From: a virus | Taxonomy: Duplodnaviria; Caudoviricetes | Length of the DNA: 24,915 nucleotides | Virus record (IMG/VR): IMGVR_UViG_3300033076_000019 | Coordinates: 1 to 24,915 of that record | Reading direction: 5' to 3' (one strand) | Part shown: positions 16,499 through 24,487 of the stretch, piece by piece | How the letters are laid out: each line of letters opens with the position of its first letter | Numbering within the stretch: the first letter of the stretch is position 1 | Translations under genes and position numbers: made by a program | The notes under the pieces: generated by a model | Databases searched by the model: none | The model's input: the letters and a program-made list of their open reading frames with translations, nothing else | Told to the model about the DNA's origin: nothing

Positions 16499-17941
16499 TC
16501 AGAACAATGTGATAACACGGCAATAGCCATTGCCACCACTGCCGCCAGCGCCAGAGCTAGTGACATATCCACCGCCGCCACCTCCACCACCTGCGCCGCG
16601 CGCACCATTCCCACCAGCAGCACCTGCCCCCGTAGTAGATGCCCCACCACCGCCGCCACCAGAACCTGCAAAAAAACCAGTCGTTAGAGAGCCAGCGGAA
16701 CCTGCCGTTGGTGTCGCTTGTGAAATGCCAGCGCTCCCGCCAGTCCCGTTTGATATTGTGCCATACGCCCCACCGTTCGCTGGATTGAATGGGTTAGAGC
16801 CATAACAAGAACCACCAGCCCCTCCACCCGGACCTCCGAATAATGAGCCGCCTCCTGTGCCTGTATAATAGTTTACGCTTGTGCCGCGTGATGAACCGCC
16901 GCCGCCGCCGCCATATTCAGCGCTGCCGCCTTTCGCTTCATTCGAATTGTTCGGCGTATCTCTATAATTGCCACCGCCAGTACCTCCCACGCCAACGCCA
17001 TACCCATACGTTGAAGATGTAAAAAGCCAACTAATAGCCTGATTGGAGCCACCATTGCCAGCACCGTATCCGCCGTATGCGACGCCCCCGCCAAATTCTC
17101 CGCGACCACCACCGGAGCCACCATAAGCAGTAGCCCAAGAGCCGAAAGTTGAATTACCGCCAGTGCTGCCAGCAAGTCCTGATTGACCATCTACTGTTCT
17201 CGCAGCGCCACCAGCTCCGCCAGCGCCAATGGTTACAGACTCTGTTGCCCCGAGAGCGCTCGCGTTAAATGTTCTTGAAACATAAGAGCCGCCGCCGCCG
17301 CCTGCGCCACCGCCAATATATGCGTTTGAACTAGTTAAAACGCCGCTACCCCCGCCACCGCCAGCGCCAATAATTTCAACAATGACAATTTTTGCACCAG
17401 ATGGTTTGGTCCACGTGCCAGAGGATGTAAATTCCTGAACATCTGACGCGCTGGATGATGAAAAACTCAGCGTTCCGCTACCATTGGTAACCAATACCTG
17501 ACCGTTCGTCCCGTCAGCGCTTGGCAAAGTGAACGTAAGGTTAGCCGCAAGGTTATCAGCAGCTTTAAGAGCGACGTAATTGCTGCCGTTGTCAGTGTCT
17601 TCAGGGAGGCGTATTTCTGCGCCTGCAGTTGAGTTGCCAACCACCGCGAGAGGCGAGTTGATTCCGGCAAACGTCAGCGTTCCGCTACCATTCGTCTGCA
17701 AGAATTGCCCACTCGTCCCATCAGCCGTCGGCAGCGTCCACGTCGTATTCGCAGCCAGTGCATCCGCCGCCTTCACCGCGACATAGTTCACGCCATTAGC
17801 AGTAGCTTCAGGCAGACGAAGCTGCGCGCCAGCACCAGCCGACGCATTGATCGAGAACGGCGTCGCAACCGTGACTGCCGTGCTTTGCGTCGTTGCGTCG
17901 GGGAATACTACACCAGTATCACCGCTAATGGTCGTGCCCAT
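16499..17941 (-). CDS. Tail fibre with glycine-rich adhesin-type domain
   Basis: 480 aa. Two copies of a 65-aa fibre module, then QEFTSSGTWTKPSGAK..V.IIGAGGGGGSG and many polyglycine runs ending GGNGYCRVITLF. Confidence 0.75.
   Translation of the reverse strand: MGTTISGDTGVVFPDATTQSTAVTVATPFSINASAGAGAQLRLPEATANGVNYVAVKAADALAANTTWTLPTADGTSGQFLQTNGSGTLTFAGINSPLAVVGNSTAGAEIRLPEDTDNGSNYVALKAADNLAANLTFTLPSADGTNGQVLVTNGSGTLSFSSSSASDVQEFTSSGTWTKPSGAKIVIVEIIGAGGGGGSGVLTSSNAYIGGGAGGGGGSYVSRTFNASALGATESVTIGAGGAGGAARTVDGQSGLAGSTGGNSTFGSWATAYGGSGGGRGEFGGGVAYGGYGAGNGGSNQAISWLFTSSTYGYGVGVGGTGGGNYRDTPNNSNEAKGGSAEYGGGGGGSSRGTSVNYYTGTGGGSLFGGPGGGAGGSCYGSNPFNPANGGAYGTISNGTGGSAGISQATPTAGSAGSLTTGFFAGSGGGGGGASTTGAGAAGGNGARGAGGGGGGGGYVTSSGAGGSGGNGYCRVITLF
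17462..17863 (-). repeat. Tandem duplication (period 207 bp) of a 65-aa fibre module; third copy at 15858-16052
   Basis: Exact 19-mer TCAGCGTTCCGCTACCATT at 17467-17485 and 17674-17692. Protein copies share RLPE.T.NG.NYVA.KA...LAAN.T.TLP.ADGT.GQ.L.T.G.G.L.F. Confidence 0.9.
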
Positions 17942-17946
17942 GTATG

Positions 17947-18165
17947 TTACTCCGTGGGTGTTACGTCAGTCGGAACCACGTCGATGACTTCAGGGACGTA
18001 AGGCTCAGGCTTCACCAGAACGCCATCGACCCAGCCATCGCCGTTCTCTGCGTCGTCAGGAACTTCAGTGTCGTAGAAGACTGCGACATCGGGGTGATAC
18101 CAATCAGCTGGTTCACCCGGAGCGATGTCACGAATGCGGTCATCTTGGATCCATGCCCATTTCAT
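17947..18165 (-). CDS. Small acidic tail-fibre partner protein
   Basis: 72 aa, directly after the Gly-rich gene. GDGWVDGVLVKPEP resembles the 83-aa partner. Confidence 0.65.
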   Translation of the reverse strand: MKWAWIQDDRIRDIAPGEPADWYHPDVAVFYDTEVPDDAENGDGWVDGVLVKPEPYVPEVIDVVPTDVTPTE

Positions 18166-18167
18166 GA

Positions 18168-19622
18168 TCAGTATCCTTCAGTCCATGCGAATGCTACGAA
18201 GCCGTTACCGCCAGCGCCGCCGTTGTTACCAGCAGAGAGGGTATTCCCACTGCCGCCACCTCCGCCGCCACCAAATCCGCCGTTTCCTTGAGTGACACCA
18301 GTAACAGATGTAATAGACATTCCGCCGCCGCCGCCACCGATGCCACCGTTGCCAGCTAGACTACTGCCGCTATTATTCCCGCCGCCGCCGCCGCCGCCAA
18401 AACCACCGCTAGCTGCAGGACAGCCGCCTCCAGCACCAGCGCCGCCACCGCCTCCGCCCCATCCACCATTTCCTGCAGAACAGTTGCCGCTTGCTGAAGC
18501 GCCACCGCCTCCGCCGCCAAAGCCACCGGATGTTGCTGCAAAAACTGTGTTTGCTCCTGCGCCACCGCCGCCTTGAGGACGGATGCGATTGATATAAACT
18601 GAAAAATCACTGTCCGCATTAATAATAGAAAGTCCGCCAGCTCCTGTGGATGATCGTGAGTTTGCAGCTGTTACACTATCATAAGTGTGAGCCGGAGCAC
18701 CCAATGGAGAGCCACCAAAACAGCCTGCGGTAGTGGCAGTGGTGGCATTAAATGCAATACCTCCATTGCCATCTGAACCTCCACCTCCGCTACCAATTTG
18801 AACAGCACTCGCGGTAGTCACAGACGAGCCACCGGAGCCATTATAGCCCCCGCCGCCAGTACCTGCTGTAATAGCCGAACCGCCGGCAATGCTATTTATA
18901 ATTCCACCAGAACCAAAGAATCCTCCACCCCCAGTTGCGCCGGAAACCGCACCGCTAATGGTGGTGAGGGATCCGCCTGAACCAAAGAAGCCTCCGCCTC
19001 CGGTTCCGGCGGACACAGTAACTCCAGCTGTATTGTTAATTGAGCCGCCGGAGCCGTTGATACCACCTCCTCCGGTGCCACACATAGTTACACCAGAAGA
19101 AATTGCAGCAATTGCTCCTGACGAGCCACCAGTTAATGTAAACAATTGACGTATAGTTGGAGATGCGGTTGCTGTTCCGCCGGTGGCTGCAGAAATAGCA
19201 GCAGTCGTCCCAGTCCCCCTGTTTCCTCCGTTACCACCAGTGCAGCTTACAATTGTGCCGATTGACGTTGTTCCACCAGCTGCCCCATTGGTTGCTGAGG
19301 CGGCAGTAGCACTATAAGTTCCTCCATTCCCGCCAGCGCCAATTGTCCCAGTAATTACCTGACCGGGAACTACATCAAGAATACCTTCGGCATATCCGCC
19401 GCCGCCGCCGCCAGTTCCCGCCATATTAGATGCAGTCCCGCCACCACCGCCGCCACCACCGCCAGCGCCAGCGCACATGAAGTAAAGCTGATATACGTTC
19501 AGCGGTACTGTGAAGGTAAATGCGCCAGAAGAAGTAAATGCACGGCTACGCGCCCATGATGGGGGAGCCACACGAGTCGCATAGTTGGGCGGAAGCGGAA
19601 ATCCGTAAGTGCCACGGTTCAT
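18168..19622 (-). CDS. Glycine-rich tail fibre tip / adhesin-like protein
   Basis: 484 aa, with FTSSGAFTFTVP...CAGAGGGGGG start and repeated TGGGG(F/Y/I)(F/N)GSGG and GG(F/W/I)GGGGGG units. TAATG coupling to the upstream gene. Confidence 0.75.
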   Translation of the reverse strand: MNRGTYGFPLPPNYATRVAPPSWARSRAFTSSGAFTFTVPLNVYQLYFMCAGAGGGGGGGGGTASNMAGTGGGGGGYAEGILDVVPGQVITGTIGAGGNGGTYSATAASATNGAAGGTTSIGTIVSCTGGNGGNRGTGTTAAISAATGGTATASPTIRQLFTLTGGSSGAIAAISSGVTMCGTGGGGINGSGGSINNTAGVTVSAGTGGGGFFGSGGSLTTISGAVSGATGGGGFFGSGGIINSIAGGSAITAGTGGGGYNGSGGSSVTTASAVQIGSGGGGSDGNGGIAFNATTATTAGCFGGSPLGAPAHTYDSVTAANSRSSTGAGGLSIINADSDFSVYINRIRPQGGGGAGANTVFAATSGGFGGGGGGASASGNCSAGNGGWGGGGGGAGAGGGCPAASGGFGGGGGGGNNSGSSLAGNGGIGGGGGGMSITSVTGVTQGNGGFGGGGGGGSGNTLSAGNNGGAGGNGFVAFAWTEGY

Positions 19623-20023
19623 TAGAAGTTACCTCCGTATGCGGTCACGCGAATGCCAGTCTGAGCAACGCTTGTGGTTGCGCGAAGTGAATAGCCGGTT
19701 GGTAAAGTCAGTGGCAAGATATTGGCATTGCCATTGCTTGACAGAGCCAAAGTAAATGCGGGAGCAGTCGTACTGCTCGTCACTGCCTGAACCGGAACCT
19801 GCTGCCACAGAATGTAGTTCGTGCCGTCAAAGACAAACAGGTTGATCAGCCCAGATGTGGTCGTCGCCACACCCTGCACGTCGATATAATCGATGCGAGT
19901 GCCGGATGCGCCAGCAGTCAGGACCGTGCCGACAGTGGTCGGAGCCGTGAGAGATGTGTCAGCCGTCGTCAGCGTGGCCGATCCGAAGACTGGAGTTGAT
20001 GCGTATTGAGCAGAAGTAGCCAT
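19622..20023 (-). CDS. Putative tail fibre adaptor / small beta-sandwich virion protein
   Basis: 133 aa, Thr-rich and all-beta-like, ending LTLPTGYSLRA...VTAYGGNF. Sits within the fibre cassette. Confidence 0.6.
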   Translation of the reverse strand: MATSAQYASTPVFGSATLTTADTSLTAPTTVGTVLTAGASGTRIDYIDVQGVATTTSGLINLFVFDGTNYILWQQVPVQAVTSSTTAPAFTLALSSNGNANILPLTLPTGYSLRATTSVAQTGIRVTAYGGNF

Positions 20024-20033
20024 GTTCCGTTCC

Positions 20034-20336
20034 TTAGATGATACCTAGCGCGGACTGGGGATCACCCGGTGCCGTGTTACCGCCATTTACAAACAACACA
20101 AATGGTTCTGCGCCACTAACCAGTGTCGTCCACGTCGGAGCAGCGCCGCTCCCGTTTGAGGTGAGAAACTGACCGGAGGTGCCGTAGCTCGGTGATGGAC
20201 CAACGCCAAAAGCGCCAGACGTGTTGAACGTCACAGCGACAGTCGTGTTATTGACTTCGAGAACGAGGTTCCCAGTCGTGTCTGAGGTATGGACGAGAGC
20301 TTGACCGCTTGTGGTTCCTGCTGTGATTTTGCTCAT
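20034..20336 (-). CDS. Short tail-fibre segment / connector protein
   Basis: 100 aa. N-terminus resembles that of the 532-aa fibre, and it contains GTSGQFLTSNGSGAAPTW, which is shared with it. Confidence 0.65.
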   Translation of the reverse strand: MSKITAGTTSGQALVHTSDTTGNLVLEVNNTTVAVTFNTSGAFGVGPSPSYGTSGQFLTSNGSGAAPTWTTLVSGAEPFVLFVNGGNTAPGDPQSALGII

Positions 20337-20337
20337 C

Positions 20338-22494
20338 TTAGATCGTCACCCACCTTGCGCCTGACTGGACCGTCACCGACATCCCCGAAGGAATTGTGAG
20401 TGGCCCAACAGACATCGCGTTCTGCCCTGCGACAACAGTATAGCTCTCAATAAGCGTGTTGTCGCTAATGAAAAAGCTGTTCGCTGCGTTCATCGTTTTC
20501 GAGCGCAGATTACCCGTCAGCGGATTGAACGTATAGTTCGGACTGCTGGTATATACCGTGATAGCCGCGCCAGAGGTGGCATCGGCAAAGATCGGGTACC
20601 GAGTGGCGTTCGTGGTCGTGTCGTTGCTGAGCGTGGCCCCAGATGGCCCGGGGGTGGTCGATACCCACGTCGTACCGTTCGACTGCAGGATGTTACCGAC
20701 AGCACCCGGAGCGACTTCCTGAAGAGCGCTAGTGCCGTTACCAAGCAGGACATTGTTCGCAGTAAGCGACGAAGCGCCAGTGCCGCCGTTTGCGACAGGC
20801 AAGATGCCAGAGACGCCGGATGTCAGCGGTACATAGCTCCAGCTCGCTGATGTGCCATCTGTGGTCACAAACTTGCCGGCATTGCCAGTCTGACCCGGAA
20901 GAGCGGCAGAGAAGGCGGTGCCGACAACAAATGCAGTCGTTGCGATCTGCGTGGTATTCGTGCCAGCCGATGCAGTCGGCGCAGTCGGGACGCCAGTGAA
21001 TGCCGGGTTGGCAGTCAGGGCAATCGTCGTGCCGCTACCGCTCGTGCCATAGGACGTACCCCATGCAGTGCCAGTCGAATAGGCAATACCCACGCCCGGG
21101 AACGTGTCGGGGCCTGTGCCTGCAATGGTAATCGAGCCAGTGCCATTCGTGATACTGATGCCGGTGCCAGCCGTCAGGGTTGATTTCGTCAGCGTGTTGC
21201 CGGTGCTGTTACCGATCAGAAGCTGGCCGTTCGTGTAGGACGATTGGCCTGTGCCACCCTGAGATACGCTCAATGGCGTCGTCAGACCCGACAGAGAGGT
21301 GATGTCGGCATTCGCGCCAGATGCAGCAGCACCCAGAGACGCGCGCGCCACAGCGGAGTTAACGGCTGTGAAGATGCCGATACCAAGAGATGTGCCGCCC
21401 AGATTGATGAGCGCGGTGCCAGCGGTGGTCGCGCCCGTGCCGCCCTGCGAGATCGCGATAGGCGAGCTAAGGTTGTTCGTGTCTGCCTCGACGACGTTCG
21501 TGCCGTCGCAGTACATGATCGCAGCGCCGTTCTGGACGACCGTGACGCCTGTGCCAGCAGCGGTCTTAACCGTGAGCGAATAGCTGCCAGTCGTCGTGTT
21601 CCGGACCCAGTATTGCTGGATCGTGTTCGGAACAATGATCTCCATATTCGCGGTGAGGACGCCGCTGAACTGATAGGCGATGCGGTTCAGGTTTGTGCCG
21701 GACAGCGTGTAAGGGCTGGGCTGCCCAGTCAGGCTGATCGAGACATAGTCGAACGCGAACGTCGAGCTTTGGCCATAGCCAATCGTGTAGAAGTTGATCC
21801 CGTCAGTGATGATGCGAGCGCTATCACCGGGATTGAATACCAGATTCGCCTGACCGTTGATCAGCTCACCGCCTGCGGGCTGGATCGTCAGGCCACCAGT
21901 GCCGGAGTTGCGCGCGTCGAAGAACCAGTCGTTTCCGGCAGCGGCAGCCGAAGGCATCGTGAACGTGCCAGCACCACCGTTCCAGACAATCACGCGGGCG
22001 CGGTCAACGGATGTGAGCGTATAGTCAGCAGACAGCAAGGTGGTCGGTGCGGCCTGATTGAGTGTCGTCGTGATCGCCTTGAGGCCAGCACCAGCCAGTG
22101 CGCTCGCGGAAGCAGAGGACGTGCCAGCGCCATACTGGATCGGACGCCACGTGCCGTTAACAGTTGCATTACCCGTGAGGTAGATCTGCCATGCTTCGCC
22201 AGCCGCAATCGTCTGGATCGTGTTGCCACTGTTGTCGGCGACCGTGAACGACGACGCGCCGACGTTGAAGAACAGGGCAGTCTGGCCAACACTCGCCTGC
22301 GTTGCGTCCGGCATGCGGATCGTGAAGCCAGCACCAGACGGCGTGACATCCATAATGGACGCGACGACATTCGTATTGGTTGCAAGCTCAGTCGGCCACG
22401 TCAGTGTGACGTTGGCAGTCAGGGCAATGGCGCGATAGCTTACGTCAGCGGGGTAGACGACTGTGCCACCGAAAGTATTTGTGAACGACGGCAT
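20338..22494 (-). CDS. Proximal tail fibre protein
   Basis: 718 aa, T/G/S/A-rich. Three (I/V)xxGGTG repeats, FTGVPTAPTA..GTNTTQIATTAFV fibre motif, and C-terminal NAMSVGPLTIPSGMSVTVQSGARWVTI. Follows the adaptor gene. Confidence 0.75.
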   Translation of the reverse strand: MPSFTNTFGGTVVYPADVSYRAIALTANVTLTWPTELATNTNVVASIMDVTPSGAGFTIRMPDATQASVGQTALFFNVGASSFTVADNSGNTIQTIAAGEAWQIYLTGNATVNGTWRPIQYGAGTSSASASALAGAGLKAITTTLNQAAPTTLLSADYTLTSVDRARVIVWNGGAGTFTMPSAAAAGNDWFFDARNSGTGGLTIQPAGGELINGQANLVFNPGDSARIITDGINFYTIGYGQSSTFAFDYVSISLTGQPSPYTLSGTNLNRIAYQFSGVLTANMEIIVPNTIQQYWVRNTTTGSYSLTVKTAAGTGVTVVQNGAAIMYCDGTNVVEADTNNLSSPIAISQGGTGATTAGTALINLGGTSLGIGIFTAVNSAVARASLGAAASGANADITSLSGLTTPLSVSQGGTGQSSYTNGQLLIGNSTGNTLTKSTLTAGTGISITNGTGSITIAGTGPDTFPGVGIAYSTGTAWGTSYGTSGSGTTIALTANPAFTGVPTAPTASAGTNTTQIATTAFVVGTAFSAALPGQTGNAGKFVTTDGTSASWSYVPLTSGVSGILPVANGGTGASSLTANNVLLGNGTSALQEVAPGAVGNILQSNGTTWVSTTPGPSGATLSNDTTTNATRYPIFADATSGAAITVYTSSPNYTFNPLTGNLRSKTMNAANSFFISDNTLIESYTVVAGQNAMSVGPLTIPSGMSVTVQSGARWVTI

Positions 22495-22497
22495 TTA

Positions 22498-23151
22498 TCA
22501 GTCCTCCCTGCGGATGATGCCACGGTCGACGATCTGACGGATGTCTTCGCCATTGAGCGCAGCGATGGCACGGTCATAGAAGCCCTGCCAGATGGGAATG
22601 ATTTCCTCGTTCTTGAGGAACGGAGCAGCCTCCAAGAGAGAGGCATAGAGCAGCGCGTTCGGCGCGTACTCGGTGAACCAGTTGGTCTGCACGTCGTCGC
22701 CAAGCAGCGGCGGCAGCTCGTAATAGATGATCTCATAGGGGAAATCATCAGAAGGCGTCGGCGCGAAGAACCAGTGCTGATAGTCATAGTCCGCGTAGAA
22801 GCGCGGCGTGCCGGTCTGCGTCTGGTTCGGCCAGTATTGGCGCATATACTCATACGCACGCGGGAAGATCTCGCGCGTCGTATTGTAGCCAGCGCCTGTT
22901 CCGACGCGCATGCTGACGGTTTCACGCCAGCGATCAGGCTTCGGATAGGTAGCCTGCCCCTGCGTCATGGTCGAGCTGACCACAGTGACCGTACCCTGAA
23001 TCTTCAGCTCACGCGCAAGACGACGCTCAGCAAGCCCAACCAAGCTGGGAAGCTGCAAATAAACTGAAGGGTCAGTGGCCAGCGTAGCTCCGCGCTCCAG
23101 ATAATTCCGGAGGTCATCGAGCAAACTGTTATACGTCATCGCTGTGGCCAT
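22498..23151 (-). CDS. Putative head-tail adaptor (tail tubular protein A-like)
   Basis: 217 aa with MTYNSLLDDLRNYLER...LAERRL start, GTPRFYA, FFAPTP, and TNWFTEYAPNALLYASLLEA pattern typical of podophage adaptors. Confidence 0.7.
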   Translation of the reverse strand: MATAMTYNSLLDDLRNYLERGATLATDPSVYLQLPSLVGLAERRLARELKIQGTVTVVSSTMTQGQATYPKPDRWRETVSMRVGTGAGYNTTREIFPRAYEYMRQYWPNQTQTGTPRFYADYDYQHWFFAPTPSDDFPYEIIYYELPPLLGDDVQTNWFTEYAPNALLYASLLEAAPFLKNEEIIPIWQGFYDRAIAALNGEDIRQIVDRGIIRRED

Positions 23152-23161
23152 GAGCGAAGCC

Positions 23162-23365
23162 TTACATTAATTCAGCGATTGCTGCAATTAGCGCTGTAAC
23201 AGCTGCGACAGCAACTGCCAACTTGGTTTTCACATTCATCAGCTTGACCATCAAGGTCGGCTGCACGGGAAGGTTCTCACCCACCACACCTTTAGCAACC
23301 TTCTTAACGACAGCCTTCTCAGCTTCTTTCTTGACAGCCTTAGTAGCTAGTTTCTTCAGGTCCAT
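23162..23365 (-). CDS. Small basic protein with C-terminal transmembrane helix (lysis-associated candidate)
   Basis: 67 aa, AAGGAGG RBS, Lys-rich N-terminus, hydrophobic LAVAVAAVTALIAAIAELM end. Directly after the endolysin. Confidence 0.65.
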   Translation of the reverse strand: MDLKKLATKAVKKEAEKAVVKKVAKGVVGENLPVQPTLMVKLMNVKTKLAVAVAAVTALIAAIAELM

Positions 23366-23375
23366 AACGGCCTCC

Positions 23376-23987
23376 TTAGAGCCAAGTAGCGTACTTCTTG
23401 GTCTTCATTTTACGGTCATCAAGACCGTGCGTGCCGCCATTGATGCGCTTTGTCAGGGCAAGAATGGCAGCGTCGTTGATACCCTGATCGCAGATGCCCC
23501 AGAGTTTGTTGGCATCGAAGAACCACAGCGCGCTTTCAAAGCCAAGTTCGCCAGCGACAAGGTCAGGGTTCTCCATAACGTCCGGACGATTGATGTAATC
23601 GGAGAACGCTTTGTAGTTGTTATGGCCCGTCAATTGGAGGGGGCCTCGGCCACGCCACCGCCATCCAGATCCGCTGGCTTCGTCCCCATTGCCCATGCGA
23701 TTTGCATAGACACGATTGGCAATCTTCTGCGGTTGACGTTCGTAGGCTTTAGCCAGCGCATCAGTCGGGAAGTACTTGCCGAAAATGCCGCGCAGACCCT
23801 TTGCGCCATAGTTCAGGTTCTCCGAGAACGCCTTGAAGTTGCCGCTTTCGTGCGCGCATTGCGCGAAGAAGTGGGCAGCGCGGTTCTTGTTGAGCTTGTA
23901 ATAAGCGGCAGCGGCCTTCAGCGTGCCGGGGCCGAAAGCCCCGTCAGCCGTTACGCCAATCTTTTTCTGAAGTTCTACGAGGCTCAT
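23376..23987 (-). CDS. Endolysin, glycoside hydrolase family 19, with short N-terminal peptidoglycan-binding-like motif
   Basis: AAHFFAQCAHESGNF...ENLNY, RGRGPLQLTGHNNY and RINGG are GH19 signatures. N-terminal LQKKIGVTADGAFGPGT. ATG at 23987 overlaps the upstream TGA (ATGA) and has GGAGG upstream. Confidence 0.9.
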   Translation of the reverse strand: MSLVELQKKIGVTADGAFGPGTLKAAAAYYKLNKNRAAHFFAQCAHESGNFKAFSENLNYGAKGLRGIFGKYFPTDALAKAYERQPQKIANRVYANRMGNGDEASGSGWRWRGRGPLQLTGHNNYKAFSDYINRPDVMENPDLVAGELGFESALWFFDANKLWGICDQGINDAAILALTKRINGGTHGLDDRKMKTKKYATWL

Positions 23988-24487
23988 TTGTTTGGATTCC
24001 TCCAATCAGGGAAGTCGTTTTCATCAACCACGCCGTCGCCATTAATGTCATACCGCATGTCGTTCCGGTACTTTTCCCACGGGGCCATATCGTCATCATC
24101 GTCGTCATCATCAACGACTTCGGTCAGCTCGACGGCCTCTTCCTTCTTCTCGAAGAAAGTTTCCTTAGGCTCATCATCATCGTTGGTCACAACGGATACA
24201 CTCACCGGAGTTTCAACGCTGGTGCGCTGAGCAAGCTCAGGGATTTCAGTGGCCTGCGGTTCACCCTTCATGCCCATCAGAGTGGCATAGGAGCCAGCGA
24301 CGGCACTGATGACAGATGTCATGACGTAACCAAGAAGGCCAAATACCTTTTCGTTATCGACAATGTCGTTTGATACGAACAGGCCGGCCACCATAGCGGC
24401 AGTGATCGCGAGGATGACAATTGCCATCGTATAGGCCGCAATCATCAACGCTTTGATGCGGGCGGTAATCAGCTGATCTTCCATCAT
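23984..24487 (-). CDS. Two-TM membrane protein (holin candidate) with acidic tail and EF-hand-like loop
   Basis: 167 aa with two hydrophobic segments in the first 75 aa, a D8 run, and DINGDGVVDENDF. Coupled to the endolysin gene. Confidence 0.65.
   Translation of the reverse strand: MMEDQLITARIKALMIAAYTMAIVILAITAAMVAGLFVSNDIVDNEKVFGLLGYVMTSVISAVAGSYATLMGMKGEPQATEIPELAQRTSVETPVSVSVVTNDDDEPKETFFEKKEEAVELTEVVDDDDDDDDMAPWEKYRNDMRYDINGDGVVDENDFPDWRNPNK

Noticed and set aside
16491-16523. N-terminal extension MPCYHIVLRCK of the 94-aa ORF call
   Set aside because: It overlaps the upstream gene. The ATG at 16490 has a good RBS.
14637-19622. Diversity-generating retroelement or invertase shufflon acting on fibre tips
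   Set aside because: No reverse transcriptase or invertase in the window, all fibre genes are co-oriented, and repeat differences are not adenine-specific.
22492-22500. In-frame adaptor-to-fibre readthrough fusion
   Set aside because: The junction is TGA-TAA-ATG on the - strand. Two different consecutive stops argue against readthrough.
21244-23067. 607-aa + strand ORF spanning the fibre and adaptor genes
   Set aside because: Antisense shadow of two same-frame GC-biased genes. It is Arg-rich, has no recognisable motifs and shows no RBS.
23223-24230. 335-aa + strand ORF over the lysis genes
   Set aside because: Antisense to three well-supported genes including the GH19 endolysin. Its Ser runs simply mirror the Asp/Glu codons on the other strand.
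24482-24487. Holin/antiholin dual-start motif (Met-Met)
   Set aside because: There is no charged residue between the starts, unlike lambda S (Met-Lys-Met). The ATGATG is explained by overlap with the upstream TGA stop.
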